Source: Hamiltosporidium tvaerminnensis FI-OER-3-3 (lineage: Eukaryota > Fungi > Microsporidia). From it: DNA of 64,000 bases. Location: positions 372,001 through 436,000 of the forward strand of contig JAKIMF020000007.1 in the NCBI GenBank assembly GCA_022605425.2, given 5' to 3'. The stretch's first letter is position 1. Every line of letters begins with the position of its first letter. A model generated the notes under the pieces. It searched no databases. It had not been told where the DNA came from and was given only the letters and a program-made list of their open reading frames with translations. Of this stretch, positions 49,270 to 60,993 are shown one piece after another. The translations under genes were made by a program, and so were the position numbers.

Positions 49270-52200
49270 AAAATGGGTAGAAAGAAAAATGTTAGCAGCG
49301 AAATATCGAATAATACCAAAATAAAGGCTGCAAACGACGCTGATGGGGTGAAGAAGAGTGATAGTGAGGTACAAAAATGTAAGCTACACCCACCGGCGAT
49401 TTCCCTACCTTCCTCCTCCTACACAACATTAACACCTCCACCACCAAGCCAAACATGCAGTAAAATGCAAAATAGTGGGCTTGACACTTTACTTCGCCTA
49501 ATGTACCAGTTCCCTCTTCGGTTGAAGTCTCTGCGTGCGAGCCATCGTACGACATGACAAGCCCCTGTACTCTAGCTATTCCGGAAGGTAACAGGCTAAT
49601 GGCATTGCGGACGATATTCGATTCCGTAACAGCCGACCCGAAGGAATGGCCTCGAATTGTTTTTTTTGCAGTACAGACAAGGTTTGAAAGAATGCCAAGA
49701 AATGGCTGGACAGAGCTTCAAAGGTACTATAATGAGAAATTCGGCTGCACTGAAACTCTCGAAGTGTTAAAAAAATTGGCACAAAGTGAGATGGGAAAGG
49801 AAGTAAAATCAGAAGAGGATAAAGAGCTACATAGAATCGCCAGTTTTCTCGCTGATACATGCACCCTGGCTGACACCACGGAGTACATAAACCTGATAGA
49901 TAAATTTTTGAGTAAAATCAAAGAAATCTCGGAAAAGGAAATTAAAACAGTGGTGGTCCCAACTAGAAAAATTCCAAATGAATTGGTTGAAAGTAAAGTT
50001 CTGGATCTCATTAATCGAGTAGTCGGTGAATATGCAGGAGCTCATGTACCTGAGTCAATTACGGAAGCCGCGTATATCATGCAAGCTGCGCAGGTATGCT
50101 ATGACGAGGCAACACGCAAAGAAAAGCCTAGATCCGCTTGGAAGGAAAACATAGAAAGTAAAATTTCTAAGTTAGTACTTTCCAAAGATCTTCTCGAGAA
50201 GGCTCGTAAGCAGGAAAAGCTCTCCACTTCGGAAACGAAGAGCCTTAAGAAAATCATGCGAGAGTTTAATTTAAACTTGAGCAGCGTAACTGATCTTTCT
50301 GAGGCTTTAGTTAAGAAGAATGAGTCTTTGAATGTTTACGAGAAAAAAATTACGATGCATGAAAGTAGGAAGCAATTCCGAAAAGAGAATCGTATGTTTG
50401 AGCTTTTCCGAGGTCGATTTTATCGTGGGTTATCTGAGCGTGTAGAATCCGAGCATGTGGTTAGCCGTGATAAAATTGTGAGTTTTTGGTCTACAATGTG
50501 GAACAAAAATGATGACATAGTCACGTACGATGATTATTTGATTTCATCTGTATCAGATAATCATCCGACCACGTTTCCTTCACTTGAGGAATTTGTAAGT
50601 ATCATTAATTGGCTTCCTAATTGGAAAGCTGCTGGAATTGATGGTATTTACAATTTTTTCATTAAGAAACTTACAACTCTTCACAAATATATTTATGATA
50701 TTGTGAAAGTTATATGTTTAGAAGGAACTCCTCAAGCTGATTGGTTTTACTGCGGGCTTACGTATTTGATACCGAAAGGAATTCCACGAAGAGGCTCTGA
50801 CTACAGGCCAATCACTTGTATGTCCAACCTCTATAAGTTAACGACAAAGTGTGTAACGAAAGTCGTTCAACTTGAAGTGGAAAGGCGAGGGTTGCTTGCG
50901 GAGAACCAGCTGGGAGAAGTTAGAGGCGTGCAGGGAGCGAAAGAGCATGCTCTACTTAATATTGCCCCAAAATAAAGAGTACGGAAACAATCTTGAGGCA
51001 ACATGGATTGATGTTAAAAAGGCTTATGATCAAATAGAACATGCTCATTTAACTCAATGCATTGAAAACCTAAATTTACCTGATTGGATTATGAAATTTA
51101 TTGAGGCAATTATATCAAAATGGAAAATTGATATATCAGTAGGGCCTACAAAAATCATGAACCAGAAGATTGAGAGAGGGATTCTACAAGGAGATAGTCT
51201 GTCACATTTGTTATTTGTGTAGTGTATGGATCCATTAAGCCAAAAAGCTTAATGAAAAATACACAGAAGTGCAGTACAAACAGATGCAGAATCCCATTCT
51301 ACTAATCATCTCTTGTTTATTAATGATCTTAAGCTCCTCGCTAAAGACATTTTGACATTGAGTGCTATGACAGACGAGGAAAAGGAATTTTTAAAGGTGA
51401 TTGGGTTAGAGATTAACAAAGAGAAGTCCGCCACAAATGATACATGTTGTGGTGATACTGCTACTCTTCTAGAAAGTGTTAGTGTTTACAAATATTTAGG
51501 AATAATAGAAGATAGCAGAGGAATCCCAACACGTAGCTCATTTGAAGAAGTACAGAGCAAACTTATATCAAGAGTTGAAAGACTTTGTCACACTAGATTA
51601 AATGCAAAAAATTTATTTTCTGCAATCAATCAACATGCGATATCGTTAATCAACTACCACATAGGAGTACTTCGACTTGAACCGGCTGACTTCTCTAAGT
51701 TAGATGATGCAGTGCGTGCGGTGTTGGTTAAAAATAAGATACATCTCCGCCCAGGATGTAAAGAGCGGTTGTATCTTCCTAGAACAGAACTTGGAAGATG
51801 CCTACATAGTGTTGAGTTGCGAAGCGAACATATGCTTCTGCAACTCTTGGATTGTCTGGAAAAAAGTAAAGAAATATCAACTAGACGAGCAGCAATCCTC
51901 AAGGTGGAGAATAATAATAAAACCCATCTGGCACTAATAAAAGGCTTCTTAAAAGTAAAGTACAGGTTGGTAGAAGAAGTCATTAAGAAAAGTTTAGAAG
52001 AAGCTCAACTTGCAAAACTATATAACGAAATAGAAAAACGAAAAATCCATTCAAAGTTATATAATGCAAGAAAAAATGAGCTTGTAAGTGTTAGTGACTC
52101 TTCAAGATGGCTAAAGAGAGGAAATATTAGGCCACGAAATGAAGCTGTGTTCTGCTATATCCAGGATAGAAATGTATTCTGGGGAGCAGATGGTGTGTGT

Positions 52201-53079
52201 CAACATTGCAGGAAGTCTGGTAAGACTGTGGATCATCTAGCAACTAGATGTGAAAAAATGCTAGGTCATGATTACACTAGACGGCATAATGAAGTGGTTA
52301 GATGCCTACACCTTCTTCTCCTAAATAGATATAAGTTTAAGTCTTCAAAACGAATAAGGAGCCACTCAGTTCAAGAAATTCTTGATAATGAGTATGCAGA
52401 GATAAGAGTGGACACCAGAATTAAAACTGATGTTAAAATTCGGAATAACAGACCGGACATATTTATTTTAGATAAGAAGAAGAATAAGATAACACTTATT
52501 GAAGTAGGAATCACTTCCCAAGATTCACTTCAAATAGTTGAAACTGAAAAACTTAGGAAGTATGACCTGCTAGCCAATGAGTTGGGCCTTATTTATAAGT
52601 GTAGTGTTGAGATAATCCCTTATGTGATGACCTGGGACGGTATTGTGACAAAATACCATAAATCTCATCTTAAAAGACTAGAAATACCCATGAATGTAGA
52701 AGCATTCATTCAGTCTATAGTACTTAAAAAGACAGTCGAAACTATTTCCTTTGATCGACGAAGAGGACTTGAGTCAGGACTAAATGCCGAAGAGAGCTGG
52801 GAGAGAGCGTCAATGGGTGTTATTATGAGATCAGAGATGCATGAGGAACCAATACCCCCTTTAAAAGAAGCGAAAACAGAGGAAGATGGTGCCAAAAAAT
52901 TTAAACCAAAATATAAAGCCCCCTTTATTTTACAAGGAGGAACCACTTTAGAGGAACCGACCAATAACATAAATGAAGAGTCGGATTTGGAAGAAGAGAC
53001 AAAAGTGGTCAAAAAGGTAGAAGAAAACATGTAAAAATGGTAAAAAAATATTTTAACCCAGAATTTTATTAAATAAAAC
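49270..53079 (+). mobile_element. RLE non-LTR retrotransposon copy E, full length (~3.81 kb), RT core disabled, CCHC+RLE intact
   Basis: ORFs 49273, 49554-50975, 50872 and 51313-53034. Intact CQHC..HLATRC, RHN and RPD..IEV..KLRKY; RT motif FIND. 12-bp direct repeat TTATTATTTCAT at 49258-49269 and 53080-53091. Confidence 0.97.
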
Positions 53080-54599
53080 TTATTATTTCATTTCTTTTTT
53101 ACTTATTAAGTAACACTAATAAATTTCAATATAGTTTATTTCTAAACAAATTCATTCAACATTTTTGAAAAAGCCAAAATATATCTTAAAAGTAAATAAA
53201 TATATAACATTTTCTTAAACTAAACCTGATATTAACAGAGTGAAATTTATATATTTTTAACATTTATTATTATTATTAAATTATCATTTTTAAATATATA
53301 GTAATCAATAATTTTTGGTCTGTTTCCTCGAAAATTGAAAAATTTTTGTGAAGCCCGAAGAAATAAAAATATGCTATTCATCTATTAAAACATATTTTTT
53401 ACAACAAAGTCGAATGAAAAAATTTCTAAGAACAAAAAAGTAAAGTCTAAAAAACAGATGTCTTAAATAATATAAGTACAACGAGTCTTTGACCATTTAA
53501 AGATATATTGAAAAATTCACTTTAATCCAATGAATTCAACGATACTAAAATATGGTTTAGCATTCAATAATAACAGAATCTTACTATTTTTAATAGATAA
53601 TGTCGAACAAACTATTCATATAGTATATCAATAGATGACACATTTACTTATTTTTTATGTACTTTATATTTTATATTACCAAACACGGAATATATATACT
53701 ATTTAGAATATATTCTGAAGTCTTTATACATACTTTCTTATTTCATTTCTCTTATACTTCTTAGTGTCGAGGATGAACAAGTGAAAATTTCCCAATTGCT
53801 TCTTTTAATCTATTGTAACTCGGGATTATAGAAGATTGACCTATAGATCCAGTACGGTTTATATCCCACAAAAAGAAACAATAAGATTATACACCAATTC
53901 CACATGTTCATTGCCAAACCGATAGTTTTTTATGTGGTTATCCTCTCATCATCCAGTCTTAACAAATACCTATGGAAATTCTAAAATAGCTTTAGAAAAG
54001 CAAAAAAATAGGATTATAAAGTCAGAATCCTAAAGAATAAGAAATATATAGCAAATCTTGAGCATATAAAAAGGTTTTTAGGCCCAGAAAGGGAACAAAA
54101 GAAATCTAAACAAAAAAGTGTAAAAAAGCACAATAAACGAATATTAATGATAAATCTAAAATCTAATATTCAGTTTTACAGAATGGGAACAAACCCAGGT
54201 ATTTACTATTAATAATATATCCGAAATAAATGTAAGGAGCAATTGCTACATCCAAGATAACATATGGTTCAAAAATGAAAAAAAATCGTAAATTCTTCAG
54301 GTCATTGCCGAGATATATTAGAATCTAGCAATCCAACTGGAAAATATATAGCCGAACAAAACATACAAAAATAGTTGATTGAATAGGTTTTCACTTTTAT
54401 CAAAAGAAATAAATCTAGATTTAAAAAAATTAATCAGATAACACATTTTAAGAAATCATATAAACTCTGTATGCTAAACAAGAGGGACAACAAAAATAAA
54501 AATTGCTAAAAAACTTCAAATCGATCAATTTGATATAAAGATGGTTAAAAGGAAATTAAAGAGAATAATACCTGTAGTTGACAAAATTGGACTTAAAAA

Positions 54600-55115
54600 T
54601 CTTCTTAAATTTTCGATACCAAAAAAATATAAAAACCAAGAAATTATTCTAAATAGCTGAATTCCAAGGCATTTTTTTTATTAATAAATACATGTAGATC
54701 CTCCTATATGTAGATATCAAGAGGTATTATCACAAATTCCCCTGTAAATATTATAAATAACTAAAATGCCAGTGCATCAATTAGTTTAAATAATTGATAA
54801 CCCTATGAAAGTAGATATTTAGTATATGTTTTACACGCAACCAAGATATTAGCTAATACCGAATGTCGCAGAATATCCAGAAAAAGCATCAATGCATTTT
54901 ATAAAATCATTTAAATCTAAACAAAAAATATAAAACATTGAATTATAAGTATCTGCTTTAACATGTCTAACACATAAAGAATCGATCTTAAAACCTTGAT
55001 TTTTTGTAAAACCATAGAAGACCAAAGATCTATTTGGAATATTAAGAGGAAATCGATATTTAAGATGTAATAAAATTAAATTACTGAATAGAATAATAAA
55101 ATTAAAAATTTGCAA
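54600..55115 (-). mobile_element. Degraded retroviral-type (rve) integrase relic
   Basis: ORF 54849-55115 reads FYGFTK..IDSLC..HVKADT..CIDAFSGYS (cf. YxGITR..C..QxD..xIDxFSKY). Downstream are FTGEFV (~54740, cf. DNGxEF) and a PW..I.E trace (~54660) at plausible DDE spacing. Confidence 0.4.
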
Positions 55116-55997
55116 TAAATATTACGAGGTATAAAAAGGAAAACATTGTTTCAATTCCTCAAGAATATTTCTTTAACTATGAATTTATTCGATATTCCTC
55201 AATTTCAATTTAATTGGTTTCATTAAATAAATTTATATCTAAATTAGAAATTTCAATTGAAATTCTTATTTTATGGCTTCAATCTAATAAAAAAATATGC
55301 TTCAACTTCATTTAATTGATATGGAAATATCTTTTAAAGTTTATACATTTTTATATTATTACTTTCTATACTTAGACTGAATTATCCCATTTTAACTTGC
55401 TTTTTAAAATAAATATTCAAATGTAATTATTTAAAATTTATTGGGTTTTTATATAATACTTTAAATACATATAATCTTAATTACACAATACTATTTTACA
55501 TGAATGTGTTTATTGTATACAAAAGAGATGAAATAATAAATAATGATGATTTTGTTTCAAGTTGTTACATAAATCTGATTAAATCTATAAAAACAAATTT
55601 ATGATTTTATTTGTTAATGTTAATGTTTAGATTTCTATTCCATATTCTTTTGCAAGTAAAAATTTTTAATTTTAGCATTTAATTTGTGAGGATAAAATGT
55701 TTAACACGCAATAAATCCATTCTATGTTGATTTTCATATTCATTAAAGAAGATTTAAATTCAAATTTTTATTAATTAAAGTTTAGATTAAAAACGATATT
55801 TGAGCATAAAATAACTTAAGCTGCATTTTATTACCAAATACCTTTCAAAAATTAAAAAATATGGATTATTTAAAAAAGAACATATAATTGTTCTTTTTTT
55901 GTTTTGTTATACTGATTTCTGATCATCAAAAAAAAATTCCAAAAGTGTTCGAGAACAATATTAAAAGTATTTATGTTTGGAAAAATACAAATAAACA

Positions 55998-56504
55998 ATG
56001 AAAAGCGTAAAAGATCTAATTAAATTCTGGGAATATATAGCAAATCCCAAAAATGATCAACCAAGTAATGTCAACACACTGAAGGTTGTTGATGATCATT
56101 GGAAGCTCAATGATAAACCTGCGAAACATTACAATAATGAGACTCGTTCTATTGTCAAAAATGAAGCTAGACAAAGAATTTGTCTTTGCTTACCTTTTAA
56201 AGAAGATATGGATAATGATTTCCACAAAATAAAAGAAGCACCGGTTTACGTAGCGATGGTGCAAGTTAATGTTTATGATAATTGTGGTGATGAAAAATGT
56301 GAAAATGATTCAAAAAAAATCTTTAAAAATGATACTAAAAACGATAGTGTGAATTGTTTAAACAATTATTCTTCGATTCTAAACACCAAATTAATTAAAA
56401 GGCAAGTTAAGAACGAAAAAGGCAATGTACAGAAGAATAAAAGGAAAAAAAGATGGGAAGGGATAAGTGATCCCAAGGAAAGATTGAGCCATTTATATAT
56501 TTGA
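55998..56504 (+). CDS. 168-aa hydrophilic hypothetical protein
   Basis: Intact ORF with natural soluble composition, N-terminal SVKDLIKFWE, basic KKNKRKKR-like patch, AATAAA at 56512-56517. Confidence 0.7.
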   Translation: MKSVKDLIKFWEYIANPKNDQPSNVNTLKVVDDHWKLNDKPAKHYNNETRSIVKNEARQRICLCLPFKEDMDNDFHKIKEAPVYVAMVQVNVYDNCGDEKCENDSKKIFKNDTKNDSVNCLNNYSSILNTKLIKRQVKNEKGNVQKNKRKKRWEGISDPKERLSHLYI

Positions 56505-59500
56505 TAAATACAATAAATCAATTTTTAAATTCTTTTTGTTTTTTTTTACTTTAATACAAAAATTTTTTTTAGAAAAAGTACATAAAAGAATATTTATAAA
56601 GGTAATCTGCTAATTTTCATTTTTGAGACAATTTATTTTTTCCAAAATAGTTATTACTCGTTTTTTAATACCTAAAACCCGACATTTAATATCCTAGCTA
56701 AGTATGAAATAACTAGTTTATATATCCTAGCTCGCTGCTACTCGACGTATTTACTTATTTATCGGAAAGTTTTGCGGCTTGAATCAAATGCATAATCCTA
56801 ATCTTAACAATTATAATTACGAAAAACTGTTTGTTGTCTGCATCATCATGCAAAGTCTCTATGAATAGACTAATTGAGAAAATGTGTCCCCCTTACTTGA
56901 ATAAAAGACAAGTCTTTAGAAAAATTAAGCGAAAAAAGTAGAATAGGCATTATGGTTAGAAATAGCTCATTCGTTACATTCCATATGCCATATATTTCAA
57001 AATTCAAGTTGAAGGTAAAACTAGATGACATTAAAGCTAAAACTTAAGTAAAGTTACAATTTTAAAGGTCAAAGTATGTTTATTGAATATCACACCACAT
57101 AGTAAATATATACCTGCAGAAAACATATAAGTAGACTCACAAAGTATGGAAAAAAAATATACCTTCTTTGTTAGAAAATTTTATTAAAACCTTGCAATTT
57201 CTTTATCGATTTTTCGATGAAATTACAAAATTCATAATTTTGAAGACCAGATAGATAGAACACATTATAAAACGCCACGGAAATTTTCTGAAGCGCTAAT
57301 GTGTTTTAGAATGTTTGTATTTATCGAGAAAATCAAACATAGAAATAAACAAACTGTTTAAACTTCTCAAGATTTAATGAGAAGGGTTTTAGAAATTAAA
57401 AGCAATTTATCATAATCTAACCATCAATGTAAAGCAAATGTATGTTAAACATAAACCAATTACTTATCAAAAGATTTCTTGAAAGGTAGTTTGGAAAATT
57501 TTTCATCTTGAATTTGAAATTTTAAAGTTACTAAAGGATCAAAGTGAATCTAAATTTTTAAATACATTTTTAAAGGGTTTTAGCCCTTAATATTTAAAAT
57601 TATTCAAGAATGTTAGTTATGAGCGTATAAATTAACATAACAAAATGAAAGCTAATGAAATGCATTTAAAAAAATGATTTTATTCAAAAATTTTGGTAGT
57701 TTCTACTAAACTTTAAAACAGTATTTTGTTTAATCGATAAATTTAGATATTATAGATTTCTTTTAGTTCGGTATTATGGAATATTGTGTATATAATTTAT
57801 TTGGAGACACGTACAACGCTTCATAGTGTTTTAAAATGTATTAAATCGTAAAATTATAACATAATGCAATATTCAGTTTTTTTCATAAATATACATATAG
57901 TATTCATATATATTAAAAAGACATGCGGAAATAAAAAAACAACTATACGTTTCACGTGTTAAATTCAACGATAAAAGGCAAAATAATTCTGTTCAAAAAA
58001 AAGAAACAAAAAGCAAGATTTTTGTTATTTATGCGACAGAGAGAATTAAATGGAAGGAATCGCTACAAAGAATCTATAACAAGCTTATCTTAATACTAAA
58101 TATCGTACAATCTAAAAAAAAGCACATATTAAGTAAGACGGAATTTTTGTTTTATAAATCTTGTTTTTTTTTTATATATCGAAATTTATATCAAAATGAT
58201 TGGTTCTAAACTTTTTAGCCAGAAATTCAAATTATAAAATCTTATATCCGGAGTACGGAAAATATCATGATCGAAAAAATTAAAACAAGTTATCGTGACT
58301 TTTATGTCATTCATAATTATTCTTTATATTTTTTTATTTATTTTTATAGCGAAAAGTAGAATTAGCATCGTTAAATATTACAATAAATTTTTAAAATCGT
58401 TTTTTTTTTTTGCATTAAATTATTATAAACCGTTTTAAGCGCTCATATAGTATAGATAGGAAACTTAGTTATGAAATACAAATAAAAAGGTACCAATTAG
58501 TTGAAAATTTATTAAATCTAAAGCATCTTATTCTAGCGACAAATATTTAATATCGAAGCCAATTCTTAGAAGAACACAACATAATATACTTAGTTTCAGA
58601 AAACTTTCATATTTTATTATAAATACTTTGCTATAAGATCGTACTTTGCACTAAAAAAAGTAAAATATAGAAAAAGGGTTTTCCTGCAACTATAAAACAT
58701 GCTATATATGAATTTAATGAGCTCTGGAAATCATTTTATCTGAATACACCGATTCTATTCGGTACGATCATGTAATATGAGTCGTTTATAATACTTATCA
58801 CGTCGCACTACAAGAGATAACAAGCCTATCTGTTCAGTTGATGCAATAGTTTTTGAAAAATTTACCAATTTGTCTAGAGAAAAAAATTATTATAGTGTTA
58901 TTTACATAAAAAAGATAAATTTGTATCTGTAAGCTTGATATATCTTAAGAATTATTATTTGGCTTTTTTTGTAGTGAATCATCACTTTTTATAAGTAAAG
59001 TTTTAATCTAATATGGTATATAATGAACTTCGATAGCATCACATTTCATTTTTGGCACAACAAATTATATTCATTGCTGAAAAACCAGGAAAGTATTCAT
59101 TTGGTGTGCTTTTTGCTAAATGACTCCGAAGAGGTATTTGATATCTAGAAGAAGAGTTCCTGTTTTAAAAAGAAATCATTATTATTAGAATCAAATCGTG
59201 ACAGGCAAGGTTTTTATATGATAGTTTAAATATAGTATTTGTTATATAAATATGATGTCACGAAGCAAGGATTTCTTAATTTTTTATATAATTTTTAAAA
59301 GGTACATATAGTTTCTTTAAACAAATTGTATCACACTCATAATGAAAAAAATATACCGATTACTTAGCAAAACAATATTAGAATATGCAAAAATAAAGGT
59401 ATTTAAGAAATCATATAACACACTATCAACATTTATTTATATACATATATAGGAAATATTTTTTCAAAGAATAGATTATTTATCATGATATACTCAAAAG

Positions 59501-60993
59501 AAGGCCCAAAAATTTAAGAAATATTACTTTAATAGTAACAAAATATTTTGTTGATCGTTATATACAAATTTGACTATTTATCAATATTATAATGGGCTAA
59601 TTAATAATTTATTATAATTTCATCTAATACCAGGAAATATCTAATCGTTACATAAAAATCTATTGACATGGTTTGGTTATAATTTATTTTATTTTTGACG
59701 GCTATAAACCCAAACCAAGAATAATTTCCGATAGGAAAATTGTTACCTTTTAATACCTTCCTTGTCAATATTACATATTTTAAATTTTTGCTGATCACAA
59801 GCAATGAAGGCGTGCAAAAATGAGAATAAGGAAGCAAATTTCCTTTTTAAAAAGGTTAAAATGTGGCAAAAAGTTATAAATAAGTAATAAATCTAAAGAT
59901 TCAAAATAGTATATAAACTCAAAGTAACTAATTTCTGAACTACAATTTTTTTGACTATGGGTTTCCGCTTCTATAAGAATTTAAAGTGATCTAAGATGAT
60001 ATAGTGTATATTTTCTTGTAAAAATATACGAGTTATGTGAACATTATATGTTTTGAAAAAAAATTGGAAGATATTCGCACAATAAATTTATTTATTTCAT
60101 AATAATCCGATTGTTAGGACTATTTGTTTGTGTTAATCGCAAAAAAATTACAGTTGTATTTTTTTTTAGAAAGAACCAAATAGCTAAATTCTCAAAGTAA
60201 ATGTCTTATTTTGAACTTTAAATGATTTATTTGAATTTGAAAAATATTATTTCTTTTAATGTCTGAAAATTTTATATTAATCCTTAATTCTTGTAAATAA
60301 TAAATTATTTTCTGTAAAGAGTAAGTTTAGTTATTTATTTTGTATTTGCAGATTTTTAATGTGATTTAAGTGACTCACCCGAGAATAACAAACTTGTCAG
60401 TAAAATTTAATTCCAATATTTAGAATTGTTTTTTTCTTTTAAGATTAAATCACAAATTTTTTTTTGGAAATCATACTGAATATAAATTATTCAATTATTA
60501 ATGCGTTTTTAGATTCCATCTTAGTAATTTTACGCCGTGAATATTCTTTAAATGATTTATTTGACTTATTATCGAACTCAAGTGTAGGTATATATAGAAA
60601 AAATCAACTGGATAATAAAAATACGGCTTTTTTCAACGAAATAATTGTAAGATAAATAGAATTAATTGTTTTTTACAATTATATAATCTATAAATAATAT
60701 GTGCTATGCAATAAAAAAATTTACCGTTTTTTGAAATATATTAACCCAAATTAAATGAAATTTAAATTTAATTCAGAATAAACAAATATAATAACAATCT
60801 TTTAATGACTAAAACCTTATGAAGACTATTTTTTAACAAAAAATATCTAGAAAATGAGCTTAACAAATATCTGGCCTGATATTATGCAAGTAATAATCAA
60901 GGTATATAAATCGAGTCATTATGAATTATATATTTAATTTAGGAATAATTTTGAATCTAAAAAGATCATAAAAATTGAATTAGTAAAAGTAAT

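Noticed and set aside
52441-52565. RLE motif lacks the Lys of (D/E)xK (reads IEVG)
   Set aside because: Normal for RLE retrotransposons, which carry a conserved downstream K..KY motif; not a novelty or a lesion.
58240-58850. Possible Pif1/Helitron helicase traces (FPATIKHAI, HVALQEITSL)
   Set aside because: Needs many edits to fit the motifs, and the putative Walker A is too close; not supportable by eye.
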